A stretch of DNA of 32,000 bases from Opitutales bacterium. Its GTDB lineage: Bacteria; Verrucomicrobiota; Verrucomicrobiia; Opitutales; UBA9783. The notes under the pieces are model-generated. The model ran no database searches, was not told the origin of the DNA, and worked only from the letters and a program-made list of their open reading frames with translations. The DNA is taken from the NCBI GenBank assembly GCA_024407725.1, contig JAKSVZ010000002.1, positions 1-32,000 of the forward strand. Reading direction: 5' to 3'. Shown piece by piece: positions 17,581 through 26,649 of this stretch. Numbering within the stretch: the stretch's first letter is position 1; each line of letters begins with the position of its first letter. Both the position numbers and the translations under genes were made by a program.

Positions 17581-17815
17581 TGTAAGGAAGCAATCCTCCA
17601 ATTAATGGAATTTTTGTCCCTCAAGCATTCATAGGCTTACAGCAGGTGATAATTGGTAAATTTATCATGTTCTTCTTGGTCTTTTTTAGGAGATTCTCAT
17701 AAAGATTTTAACCAATCCTTATCGAACAGTCAAGGACAAAAGCGGAGCAAGAACCCTAACGAACATTAAAAAATATCGCCTAGAGGGAAACCTTTAGGCG
17801 ATATTCATAGGTTTT
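17581..17815 (+). ncRNA. Candidate small RNA (unit X) running from the 17546 promoter to the shared hairpin at 17773-17804; ends uncertain
   Basis: A promoter with no ORF of 60 aa or more behind it. Contains the core ATAGGCTTAC-agcag-GTGATAAT, also found at 29689-29706 and in degenerate form at 29305-29322. Both ends are inferred, not demonstrated. Confidence 0.3.
17768..17804 (-). terminator. Rho-independent terminator of ald (possibly bidirectional)
   Basis: 14-bp stem ATATCGCCTAGAGG / CCTTTAGGCGATAT (one G:U pair) with loop GAAA. On the minus strand a U-run follows (the A-run at 17768-17772 on the plus strand). It lies 23 nt after the ald stop. Confidence 0.7.
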
Positions 17816-17827
17816 AATAGCTTATGC

Positions 17828-18967
17828 TTATTTCTTAGAACAAGTGCAATGGCCACCGAACAAGGTTTCGGGGCAAACGAACTTCATCTTTAAGGAATCA
17901 GCAACTGCTTTATGGGTAATAGAACCCTTATAAACGTTCAAGCCGTTCAGCAAGTGCTTGTCTTCCTTAAGGGCGCGTTCGTAACCCAAGTTCGCCAATT
18001 TTTCAACGAATGGGAACGTTGCGTTGTTCAAGGAGATGGTAGAAGTACGAGCAAAAGCTCCAGGCATATTGGCTACGCAATAGTGGACAATACCGTTTAC
18101 TTCAAACACGGGATGATCGTGTGTTGTTGCATGGCTGGTTTCGCAGCATCCACCTTGGTCAATAGCGACATCAACAATGACGCTACCCGGTTTCATGGTC
18201 TTCAGCATGCTCTTCATAATCAAGCGTGGAGTCGATAATCCAGGGATTAAAGCCGCACCAATAACGATATCAGTTGAAGGAAGGAGCGCTTTAATGTTTT
18301 CAGATGACGAATAAACGGTTTTTACGCGGCTTTTAAATACATTGGCAATGTGTTCCAACGTTGGTTGATAGGAATCAACAATCGTTACATCGGCACCCAT
18401 TCCGCTTGCGATTAACGCTGCATTTTGTCCGACGCAACCACCACCTAAGATAAGAACTTTGGCGGGTAATACACCGGGAACGCCGCAAGGTAATAAGCCA
18501 CTACCACCGAATTGTTTTTGTAAGAAATAGCTTCCCATGAGGGCTGACATGCGTCCTGCAATGGTACTCATAGGCATCAACAACGGTAATTTTCCGCGTG
18601 CATCGGTAACGGTTTCGTAAGCGATACAAACAGCTTTGGATTTAACCAACGCATCGGTTAATGGACGATCGGCCGCCAAGTGTAGGTACGTAAAGACAAT
18701 CTGATCTTTGCGAATTTTGGAGTATTCTGCTTTTAACGGCTCTTTGACCTTAACGATCATATCGGCCTGCTTCCAAATCTCATCTGCAGTTTTGCAAATT
18801 TTAGCTCCAGCTTTCTTGTAATCTTGATCTGAGAAGCCAGCGCCAACTCCTGCTGAGGCTTCAACCAAAACAGTATGTTTTTGATGGGTTAAACTGGCTA
18901 CAAACGCCGGTATTAACCCAACCCGATTTTCTCTTTCTTTAATTTCTTTTACGATACCTATTTTCAT
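17828..18967 (-). CDS. ald: Alanine dehydrogenase
   Basis: MKIGIVKEIKERENRVGL N-terminus, NAD-binding VLILGGGCVGQNAA, and an HYCVANMPGA box. Confidence 0.92.
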   Translation of the reverse strand: MKIGIVKEIKERENRVGLIPAFVASLTHQKHTVLVEASAGVGAGFSDQDYKKAGAKICKTADEIWKQADMIVKVKEPLKAEYSKIRKDQIVFTYLHLAADRPLTDALVKSKAVCIAYETVTDARGKLPLLMPMSTIAGRMSALMGSYFLQKQFGGSGLLPCGVPGVLPAKVLILGGGCVGQNAALIASGMGADVTIVDSYQPTLEHIANVFKSRVKTVYSSSENIKALLPSTDIVIGAALIPGLSTPRLIMKSMLKTMKPGSVIVDVAIDQGGCCETSHATTHDHPVFEVNGIVHYCVANMPGAFARTSTISLNNATFPFVEKLANLGYERALKEDKHLLNGLNVYKGSITHKAVADSLKMKFVCPETLFGGHCTCSKK

Positions 18968-19125
18968 AAATGTGCATCCTTTCGTTCTAGGAAAATAGCG
19001 AACCTCCTATGCGTCAACTCTAAACCGTTACATAAAAATAGGTTCGCGATTTAACCGTATTTTATATTATAAAAGGTACGTACTAACGGAGCAATAGGTG
19101 AGTTGCTCCCATTCAAACACACAGC

Positions 19126-21642
19126 ATGACGCACGCTATTGATTCTATCGCTTCCTTTCAACTGGACAATGGTTTGTCGGTTGTGGTTATTCCAACCCAA
19201 TCGCCTGTGTTAGCGCTGCAATTATGGGTAAAAACCGGCAGTATTCATGAAGAAAGTTATTTGGGGGCAGGGCTATCGCACTTTGTAGAACACATGGTGT
19301 TTAAAGGAACGGAAGACTATACCTATCAAGAACTGTTTAAAACCGTTCAAAACGCAGGCGCCAAGCTCAATGCTTATACGACCTTTGACCATACCGTTTA
19401 TACCTTTGACGGAACCGCTTCTGCATTTACAACGGGTCTGGCTATTCTCAACAATTTGGGCTTTAAACCCACCTTTCCGGAACAAGAATGGGGCAAGGAA
19501 CGGGATGTGATTTTGCGGGAAATTGCGCTGTATGCCGATGACCCTGATGACCGCTTGGATACGTTAGTATTATCCACGGCTTATCGCGTTCACCCTTATC
19601 GCTATCCGGTTATTGGCTATCAAAAGCTATTTGAACAACTGACCCTAGATCATTTGAAACAGTACTGGCAAAAGCGGTATGGGGTTAATAATGCGATTTT
19701 GGTCGTTGCCAGTAATCTACCGGACGATCAAATCCGGACGCAAGTAACCTCGGTTTTTGGCGCGCATAGTCAGCGTTACATGGCGCCTTTATGGATTCCA
19801 GACGAACCCTTGCAGTTGGTCGAACGTTCTCAACGCTTAACAGGGCATTATCAATTAACGCGCGGCATTCTTGCGTTTAAAATCCCTGGGTTAGGGCATC
19901 CTGATTTAGTACCGTTGCAGGTCATTGGAACCGTATTAGGCAGCGGCGAAAGCTCCATTTTATACCAAAAACTGCGCAAAGAGCTACGGTGCGTATACCA
20001 AGTGGATACTTCGGTTTGCGCTGAATTATACCAAGGGCTTTTGATCATCAAATACACCTGTGATGCCGACAAACGCACATTGGTTGAGCAACAGCTACAG
20101 GAACATTTGGTTCAATGGACCTTGGATGCCCTAGACCAAAAAGCCATTGATAAGACCTATCGGCAGGCTTTGATTACGGAAATAGATACCAATCGCAGCG
20201 CATCTGAATTAGCTCAGCATATCGGTTGGGTTAAGCTCAATTTTGACGATTTTAGCTATCCGCAGCACTATCTAGATCAACTCAAAACCTTAACGGTTGA
20301 AGCGGTACAAACGGTTATTCATCGGTATTTAATTCCCTCTCAGCGCGTTCAGGTATCCTTAGAGCCCACCCCTCAAAGCACCCCATCCGCAACAGTTAAT
20401 CCGACCTCTGTTCCTCAGCAAAAATTAGCTACCTTTGAACTGCAATCCGTACGCTTGGTCTATCAACGCTGTACGCATTTACCCAAAACCCACATCGTAG
20501 CATTATTTCCAGCAGGAGCTTTGAGGGAAACGCCCCAAGAACGCGGTATTTCGCACCTATTTGCAACCCTGTTAACCAAAGACACCCGCCAACAGTCAGC
20601 CTTGGATATCGCCAATCAAATTGAGGCTATCGGCGGACAATGGCAGGGGTTTGTAGGCAATGATTACCTAGGGTTATCCATTGAAACGTTGGCCGAAAAC
20701 ACCACCTTGGCCATTCAACTCCTACAGGAAGCATTAACCCAGTACAACCTTGTTCCACAAACCTTTAAGGTGGAAAAACAGGCGCAAATTGCCGCCTTAA
20801 ACGACCTACAGGATGACATTACCTATGTCGGTCTTCAAGGGCTCAGACAGCAGTTTTTTCAAAACCATCCTTATGCGGTGCCCCCAAACGGAACTCAGAA
20901 AACACTTGCTGGTATTACCTTGGAGGATTGTCAGCGCTTTGGGGATCGCCTCATTCAAGCCAACAACTGCGTTCTATCGATTGTTTCATCGTTACCTAAA
21001 CAATTCTTTGTGGATGCCTTAGGACCTCTATGCAATACCTTACCAACGGCTTCCAGCTCCAATCATATCTTGGACGATCAGCCCTTTACACCGCAACCTA
21101 CAGAGCGCGTTCCGGTTCATTTTCAACAAGCCATGGTACTCCTAGGGTACCCCATTGCTGGCTATACCCATCCGGATTTCTTAATAGGAGCTTTACTAGA
21201 AACCTTGCTCAATGAAATCTCAAGTGTTTTGGAGGAACCGATACGCGAAATCCATGGCTTAGCGTATACCGTTGGAGCTACCCGTATTCTAGGCAGTCAA
21301 CTCGGCCTGTTAGGCGTATTGGCCAATACCAAAACCGAGCAGGTGGATAAGGTACACCAAGAGATGATTCAATGCATGAATACCCTCCTGACGCACCGCT
21401 TAACCTCTGAAATCTTTACCGCTTGCCGTAATTGCCTAAAAACCAACCGACAAATTTGTTTACAAAGCATAGGTTACCGCGCCTTTACCGCCGGTTACCA
21501 TTGCTTGTTAAAACTCCCCATGAAGGATTATCTATCGTATGATGCCCTCGTCGATTCAATCACCCTTGACGATTTTATCGATCGATGCCATGATTTTATT
21601 GAAAATCCCATTGTACGAATTTTAACCCATCATGATAAATAA
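19126..21642 (+). CDS. M16 (pitrilysin/insulinase-family) zinc peptidase, fused double-domain form, no signal peptide
   Basis: Inverted zinc motif HFVEHMVFKGT in the N-terminal half. The second half is M16-like but lacks HxxEH. Confidence 0.85.
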   Translation: MTHAIDSIASFQLDNGLSVVVIPTQSPVLALQLWVKTGSIHEESYLGAGLSHFVEHMVFKGTEDYTYQELFKTVQNAGAKLNAYTTFDHTVYTFDGTASAFTTGLAILNNLGFKPTFPEQEWGKERDVILREIALYADDPDDRLDTLVLSTAYRVHPYRYPVIGYQKLFEQLTLDHLKQYWQKRYGVNNAILVVASNLPDDQIRTQVTSVFGAHSQRYMAPLWIPDEPLQLVERSQRLTGHYQLTRGILAFKIPGLGHPDLVPLQVIGTVLGSGESSILYQKLRKELRCVYQVDTSVCAELYQGLLIIKYTCDADKRTLVEQQLQEHLVQWTLDALDQKAIDKTYRQALITEIDTNRSASELAQHIGWVKLNFDDFSYPQHYLDQLKTLTVEAVQTVIHRYLIPSQRVQVSLEPTPQSTPSATVNPTSVPQQKLATFELQSVRLVYQRCTHLPKTHIVALFPAGALRETPQERGISHLFATLLTKDTRQQSALDIANQIEAIGGQWQGFVGNDYLGLSIETLAENTTLAIQLLQEALTQYNLVPQTFKVEKQAQIAALNDLQDDITYVGLQGLRQQFFQNHPYAVPPNGTQKTLAGITLEDCQRFGDRLIQANNCVLSIVSSLPKQFFVDALGPLCNTLPTASSSNHILDDQPFTPQPTERVPVHFQQAMVLLGYPIAGYTHPDFLIGALLETLLNEISSVLEEPIREIHGLAYTVGATRILGSQLGLLGVLANTKTEQVDKVHQEMIQCMNTLLTHRLTSEIFTACRNCLKTNRQICLQSIGYRAFTAGYHCLLKLPMKDYLSYDALVDSITLDDFIDRCHDFIENPIVRILTHHDK

Positions 21643-24526
21643 ATCATTTTTGTTTGCTTTTGCTGAATGCTTATGCCTACCGTTGATGGCTCAAACGGTT
21701 GCGTCTGCGAACCCATCAGAGGTTCCGAATCTCCCAAAAATTCATGAAAAAACATCGGCAGAACCCATAAGCCAACAACTATCGTTAGCACCCACCACCT
21801 CTTGGGAACAGCCCCTTGTTGCGGATTCCGCCATTCGTTCCGGAACCTTAGCCAACGGAATGCATTATTATTTATACCCCATGCAGCACCCATCCAATTC
21901 TATTAGTCTCCAGTTGCTCGTACAGGCTGGTGCGCTTATGGAAACAGATGCGGAGGATGGATTAGCTCATTTTATTGAACACATGGTGTTTTGCGGAAGC
22001 CGCCATTTTGAGCCTAAAACCCTCGTACATTTCTTTCAGAAAAACGGAATGAATCTAGGCCCCGATAGCAACGCGTATACCGGTTGGTTTCATACGTGCT
22101 ATCTTTTAGATTTGCCCAATAACGAACCAGCTAATTTACAAAAGGCGTTGACCGTATTAAACGACTTCATGTTTGAAGCCTCATTTCTAAAATCCGAAAT
22201 TGAACGCGAACGAGAGGTCATTTTATCGGAAAAACGCTTACGAGACTCCATAGCCTATCGCGCATCGGTATCGTTTTTAAAGCAGTTTTATCCCGAACAT
22301 CAATTAGGTAAACGCTTCGTCATAGGTACGGAAGACGTAATTAAAGCGGTTACCGCGGAAAACTTTTTTAACTTTTACAAGCAATGGTACACGCCCAACC
22401 GCATGGCGTTGATTATCGCTGGAAACATCGATGCTGATAAGACCTTAACCTTGCTACAAAACACCTTTAAGGCAAGCCGTCCGGAAACCCCTACGCCTGA
22501 TTACGGGACCATCAAACCATTCAAGAAAACCCCCGCGGTATCGGTATATAGCGATAAAGAATTACCCGAAGCTACTTTGTTATTAGCAGCGCGACGTCCG
22601 TTTGCTAATCCGCACCCATCCACATTGAACGATTTTAAGTATTTCGTCACTTGGTCCTTGATGAGCATTATGCTCAATCAACGCTTAAATGAATTGGTCA
22701 ACACAACCGATCTGATTCGCGCAATTTTTGAGCACGAAAACATGGCAGGATGCATCGAAAGCACCAGCTTTTCCTTTTCATGCGCGCACGACCATCTTCT
22801 TAAGATCGTGCCTTTGATCGAACAAGCCTACCGTTCCGTTAACTTGTTTGGCTTTTCCGAACAAGAATTAGCTGCCGCTAAGGTTATTTTGGAAAACAGC
22901 TTAAAAACCGCCTGTATTTCCGAAAAGAACGAAACTCCTAAGCAGCGCGCCGATCGGATGTGCGGGGTTCTAAGCATTAACCAACCGATTATATCCGCTC
23001 CTCAACGGCTGACCCATTTTCAACAAATTCAATCGAGTATTACCCCCCAAACCTGTAAGGAATTGTGGAATTCCTTTTGGAAGAATGGCTATTATTTGTT
23101 CGCCCAAGGTTCGTTTGATGAAAAACTAAACGCTGCCGCCTTAGAAGCTGCGTTCGCCCAATCTCAACAGCAAGCATTACAACAACCGAATCTTTCGCGT
23201 CCAACAGAGTTAAAATCCGTCTTCCCATCCGGTCATCAGGTAAAAATCACTCACTACGTCTATCATCCCGATTTGCAATTGGAAACTTTTACCTTCGACA
23301 ACAATGTACGGGTAAACTTACGACATACAACCTTTGAAAAAGAAAAAATCGATATTCACGTAGCCATGGGTTGTGGATTGATGGAGCACAAGAATCATCC
23401 ATTACCTGGATTGCATTACTTCTTAAACGGAACCTTTATTGAAGGCGGTATTCAGCAATATTCCAAAGTAGAATTGGATCGCCTATTTGAAGGGAAACCG
23501 GTCTCCATTAATTTTTCGGTTAATTCCGATTGCTATGCTTTGTCCGGCCATACCAATCAACGTTATTTGTCGCAAGAATTGCAATTGATTGGCGCTTATT
23601 TGCTACAACCCGGTTATCGCCCTGAGGGAGAAAAGAACTTCCGTAAACACCTACTGGGATTGTACGAAAGCTTTAAGCACGATCCCTTTGGCGTAATGAA
23701 AACCCAAGGCAATGCGTTTATGACCAACAACGATATGCGTATCGCTTATCCCGAGTTATCCGTCATGCAACAACGCACCACAGAAGAAGCACGCGCCTTG
23801 TTGGAGCCTGTCCTACAAAAACAGTATATGGAGCTGACCATCGTGGGGGATTTCGATCGCAACGTGTTACTGGATCAACTATTTAAAACCTTCGGTCAAT
23901 TGCCTGCGCGTGAAGCAACCAAGCACATACCCAATGATTACGAAAATACCTTTTGGCCCACCAAGCGTTCGGTTAAAGTACTAACTTTTCAATCAACGGT
24001 GGATGAAAAAGCAATGGCGGTGCTTTTGTTCCCTTGTAAGGGCGATCAAAATCCCATCTATGCCCGTAAATTAAGTCTTATTGCTTCGATTATTAGCCAT
24101 CGTTTATACGATGAAATTCGAGAAGATTTGGGCGATTGCTATACCGCCAATGCGTGGCTAAGTCAAAACGAGGTCTTTAACCGCGGAGCTATTTTTTCCT
24201 ACTCAATCGTCACCCCTCAAAAATTAAGCACAGTAGCCGACCGCATGCTAAAGATTGCTGACGATATTGCGCATCATGGCGCCACACAAGATGAATTGAA
24301 TCGAGCCATTAAACCCATGGTAGGTACCCTTGAAAAAGCACGGGTCACCAATGGCTTTTGGATGAATTGGATGAGCGGTATTCAAGCCAATCCCCATCGT
24401 TTAACATGGGATTTGGCCAATAGCGCTACTTATACCCAAGTAACCCTTGAGGAAATCAACAAATATGCACGGGATTATCTCAACCGCGGATGGGCCATCT
24501 CCCTGCAGATACAACCTGAAAAGTAA
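21632..24526 (+). CDS. M16 zinc peptidase, secreted/periplasmic double-domain form
   Basis: Signal-like MINKSFLFAFAECLCLPLMAQT. HFIEHMVFCGS zinc motif. The start overlaps the upstream M16 gene by 11 nt. Confidence 0.85.
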   Translation: MINKSFLFAFAECLCLPLMAQTVASANPSEVPNLPKIHEKTSAEPISQQLSLAPTTSWEQPLVADSAIRSGTLANGMHYYLYPMQHPSNSISLQLLVQAGALMETDAEDGLAHFIEHMVFCGSRHFEPKTLVHFFQKNGMNLGPDSNAYTGWFHTCYLLDLPNNEPANLQKALTVLNDFMFEASFLKSEIEREREVILSEKRLRDSIAYRASVSFLKQFYPEHQLGKRFVIGTEDVIKAVTAENFFNFYKQWYTPNRMALIIAGNIDADKTLTLLQNTFKASRPETPTPDYGTIKPFKKTPAVSVYSDKELPEATLLLAARRPFANPHPSTLNDFKYFVTWSLMSIMLNQRLNELVNTTDLIRAIFEHENMAGCIESTSFSFSCAHDHLLKIVPLIEQAYRSVNLFGFSEQELAAAKVILENSLKTACISEKNETPKQRADRMCGVLSINQPIISAPQRLTHFQQIQSSITPQTCKELWNSFWKNGYYLFAQGSFDEKLNAAALEAAFAQSQQQALQQPNLSRPTELKSVFPSGHQVKITHYVYHPDLQLETFTFDNNVRVNLRHTTFEKEKIDIHVAMGCGLMEHKNHPLPGLHYFLNGTFIEGGIQQYSKVELDRLFEGKPVSINFSVNSDCYALSGHTNQRYLSQELQLIGAYLLQPGYRPEGEKNFRKHLLGLYESFKHDPFGVMKTQGNAFMTNNDMRIAYPELSVMQQRTTEEARALLEPVLQKQYMELTIVGDFDRNVLLDQLFKTFGQLPAREATKHIPNDYENTFWPTKRSVKVLTFQSTVDEKAMAVLLFPCKGDQNPIYARKLSLIASIISHRLYDEIREDLGDCYTANAWLSQNEVFNRGAIFSYSIVTPQKLSTVADRMLKIADDIAHHGATQDELNRAIKPMVGTLEKARVTNGFWMNWMSGIQANPHRLTWDLANSATYTQVTLEEINKYARDYLNRGWAISLQIQPEK

Positions 24527-24535
24527 AGTTTAGCC

Positions 24536-24859
24536 ATGAATTCCATCACCATACTTACTTCCGAAAATTTTGATACCTTTATTCAACAACCCTTTGCCTT
24601 GGTCGATTTTTTCGCACCTTGGTGTGGGCCTTGCAATGCCTTAGCTCCCATTTTAGAGGATATCGCTACGACGCACAACATCCCTGTCGGAAAAGCATCG
24701 GTTGATGAAGCAGCTAATCAGGAACTCGCAAGTTCCTATCATGTACGGAGTATTCCCACTTTACTCTTCTTCCAAAACGGTAAGCTGGTAGAACAACACG
24801 TTGGTGCGCTTTCCAAACAGGAACTATTGGAAAAAATCAAAACCTATGTCACCCTTTGA
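24536..24859 (+). CDS. trxA: Thioredoxin
   Basis: 107 aa with the WCGPC active site and an IPTLLFF motif. Confidence 0.9.
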   Translation: MNSITILTSENFDTFIQQPFALVDFFAPWCGPCNALAPILEDIATTHNIPVGKASVDEAANQELASSYHVRSIPTLLFFQNGKLVEQHVGALSKQELLEKIKTYVTL

Positions 24860-25451
24860 TTATTTGTCCGATTTGGGACAGCGTTACCCCCAATTGCATC
24901 CCCATATACACGCCATTCAAGAAGCAGTGCAGTTGATCGTCACAACCTTTCAGCAAGGAGGTAAAATGCTCACGGCAGGTAACGGCGGAAGCGCTTCCGA
25001 CGCGGAGCATATTTCTGGAGAATTATTAAAATCCTTCAAAAATCCTCAACATCCCAAGGATTTACCATCGAATTTGGCGATGCATTTACAATGCGCGTTG
25101 CCCGTTATCCCTTTAGGAAGCCTACAGGCTGCTTATACTGCATTTTCTAACGACTGCGACCCTCAATGGGCGTTTGCGCAGTTGGTCTATGCATTAGGAC
25201 GCAAAGGAGATACCTTGTTAGCCATCAGCACCTCAGGACGTTCAAAAAACATCTGTTACGCAGCTGAAGTTGCCAAAGCCAAACACATGACCGTGATAGG
25301 TTTGTCGGGCAATACCGGCGGAGATTTAAAAGCGCTTTGTGATGTATGCATTTGCGTTCCCGAAACGGAAACCTACAAAATCCAAGAATTCCACTTAGCC
25401 ATCTATCATACGCTGTGCCTCATCATCGAAGAGCGTATGCATACGATGTAA
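24846..25451 (+). CDS. gmhA: SIS-domain protein, phosphoheptose isomerase (GmhA/DiaA-like)
   Basis: GNGGSASDAEHISGELL and AISTSGRSKN SIS motifs. I prefer the in-frame ATG at 24846 (MSPFDY...) to the track start at 24801, which lies inside trxA. Confidence 0.7.
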   Translation: MSPFDYLSDLGQRYPQLHPHIHAIQEAVQLIVTTFQQGGKMLTAGNGGSASDAEHISGELLKSFKNPQHPKDLPSNLAMHLQCALPVIPLGSLQAAYTAFSNDCDPQWAFAQLVYALGRKGDTLLAISTSGRSKNICYAAEVAKAKHMTVIGLSGNTGGDLKALCDVCICVPETETYKIQEFHLAIYHTLCLIIEERMHTM

Positions 25452-25456
25452 ATCAT

Positions 25457-25786
25457 TTAACCCGCACGCGATGCGTCCCCTGAATGCGGATTATTATGAT
25501 GCATCGGAGTAGAAGACGAATGGTGTTTGGGTCCAAAGCTACGTTTCGGGGGATTTGAATTCGCTAGGGTTGTTCTTAAACGATAGCAAATACGGGCTTT
25601 GGTTAAATCATAGGGGCTCATTTCCATTAGCACCCGATCCCCAATACCAATTTTAATAAAATTTTTTCTTAATTTTCCGGAAATATGAGCTAACAATTCT
25701 TGTTGATTATCCAAGCGCACTCTAAAAAGCGTTTTAGGGAGTACTTTAACAATGGTTCCTTCAACTTCAATTAACTCTTCCATCAA
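25457..25786 (-). CDS. infA: Translation initiation factor IF-1 with a 37-aa C-terminal extension
   Basis: Residues 1-72 match the IF-1 S1/OB fold ([19 protein letters not shown]...[38 protein letters not shown]). A His/Pro/Ser-rich tail follows. Confidence 0.88.
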   Translation of the reverse strand: MMEELIEVEGTIVKVLPKTLFRVRLDNQQELLAHISGKLRKNFIKIGIGDRVLMEMSPYDLTKARICYRLRTTLANSNPPKRSFGPKHHSSSTPMHHNNPHSGDASRAG

Positions 25787-25855
25787 TAATTTATTACTAT
25801 ACCCTTTTTACAGAATCGGTCAAGTGTAAAGGGTAACCCCATTCATCACTTTAAC

Positions 25856-26545
25856 TTGCTCCCTGTCTCCAAACCTGCTTTGATTTTTCTTATGGCAAAG
25901 CATAAAAAATGGCTAGGAATCGTTCTGTTGCTTGGCAGCTGTATTTGCTTCTTGTTGCCCCAGAGAACTACATGGGATTGTGCTGGATACACCTTATGCC
26001 CGCATTATTTTAAAACCACGCAAGCAGCTAAGGATTTTGTACAAAGCGCCGATTTTAACGAAAACAAACACTATCGGTATTATTGGTCTTGGACGCTTGT
26101 TTTTTCGGACAACCAAGGCAGTAGATCATCCGATTCTACTGGTTCCCAACCCATTTTATGGGCGTTTTTAAGAATACCGCATTATGGTTGGTTCAAAACC
26201 AAGCCCGACAAATGGGTACGCTTGGTATTAGCACAACAAATACAAGCTCAAATACCCCATCGAACGGTAGAAGTTCAAGGCAATGCAATCCTCGTTGATC
26301 ATCAAAGGATTGGAGTGTGTATCGCACAAGAAGAGCGTAATGGAGCATTTTGGGATTACGTAATCGAATTAGCGCTCAATACCCCTAAGGACGCTCTAGC
26401 TGGCACCTCATTTAATACCTCGTTAGCATTAGAATCCCAACAGGTCTATAACAGCGAAACCTTCTTAAAAGCCTTTTGGGTTGCTTTTCTGAAAAATCGA
26501 GACCCAAGATCGTTCGATCTTAAAACTCCTTTGCCAGAGTGGTAG
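25856..26545 (+). CDS. Hypothetical membrane-anchored or lipoprotein-like protein
   Basis: ORF from a TTG, with an alternative ATG at 25892 (MAKHKKW...). Hydrophobic N-terminus with a lipobox-like LLGSC. No domain recognised. Confidence 0.45.
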   Translation: MLPVSKPALIFLMAKHKKWLGIVLLLGSCICFLLPQRTTWDCAGYTLCPHYFKTTQAAKDFVQSADFNENKHYRYYWSWTLVFSDNQGSRSSDSTGSQPILWAFLRIPHYGWFKTKPDKWVRLVLAQQIQAQIPHRTVEVQGNAILVDHQRIGVCIAQEERNGAFWDYVIELALNTPKDALAGTSFNTSLALESQQVYNSETFLKAFWVAFLKNRDPRSFDLKTPLPEW

Positions 26546-26649
26546 CGATTCCTCGGTTGCAGATATAAAAAGCATAGGCAGCTAGGACATAGTTGCAAGA
26601 TGCCTTGAAAATAGTTGCTTAAAAAGGGCGAATCCTCTAGTGTTGCACT

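Noticed and set aside
16866-17827. Known housekeeping RNAs (tmRNA, RNase P RNA, SRP/4.5S, 6S) or a riboswitch in either long spacer (also 29166-30160).
   Set aside because: I found none of the hallmark strings (e.g. GAGGAAAGTCC, a tRNA-like GGTTCGAA..CCA end, the SRP GGAA tetraloop context). There is also no downstream gene for a riboswitch to control. Only a covariance-model scan could exclude them fully.
24801-24845. The upstream start of the SIS gene at 24801, and similarly the TTG start of vat at 28485.
   Set aside because: These starts lie inside the preceding genes. The in-frame ATGs at 24846 and 28509 give products that begin where the families normally do.
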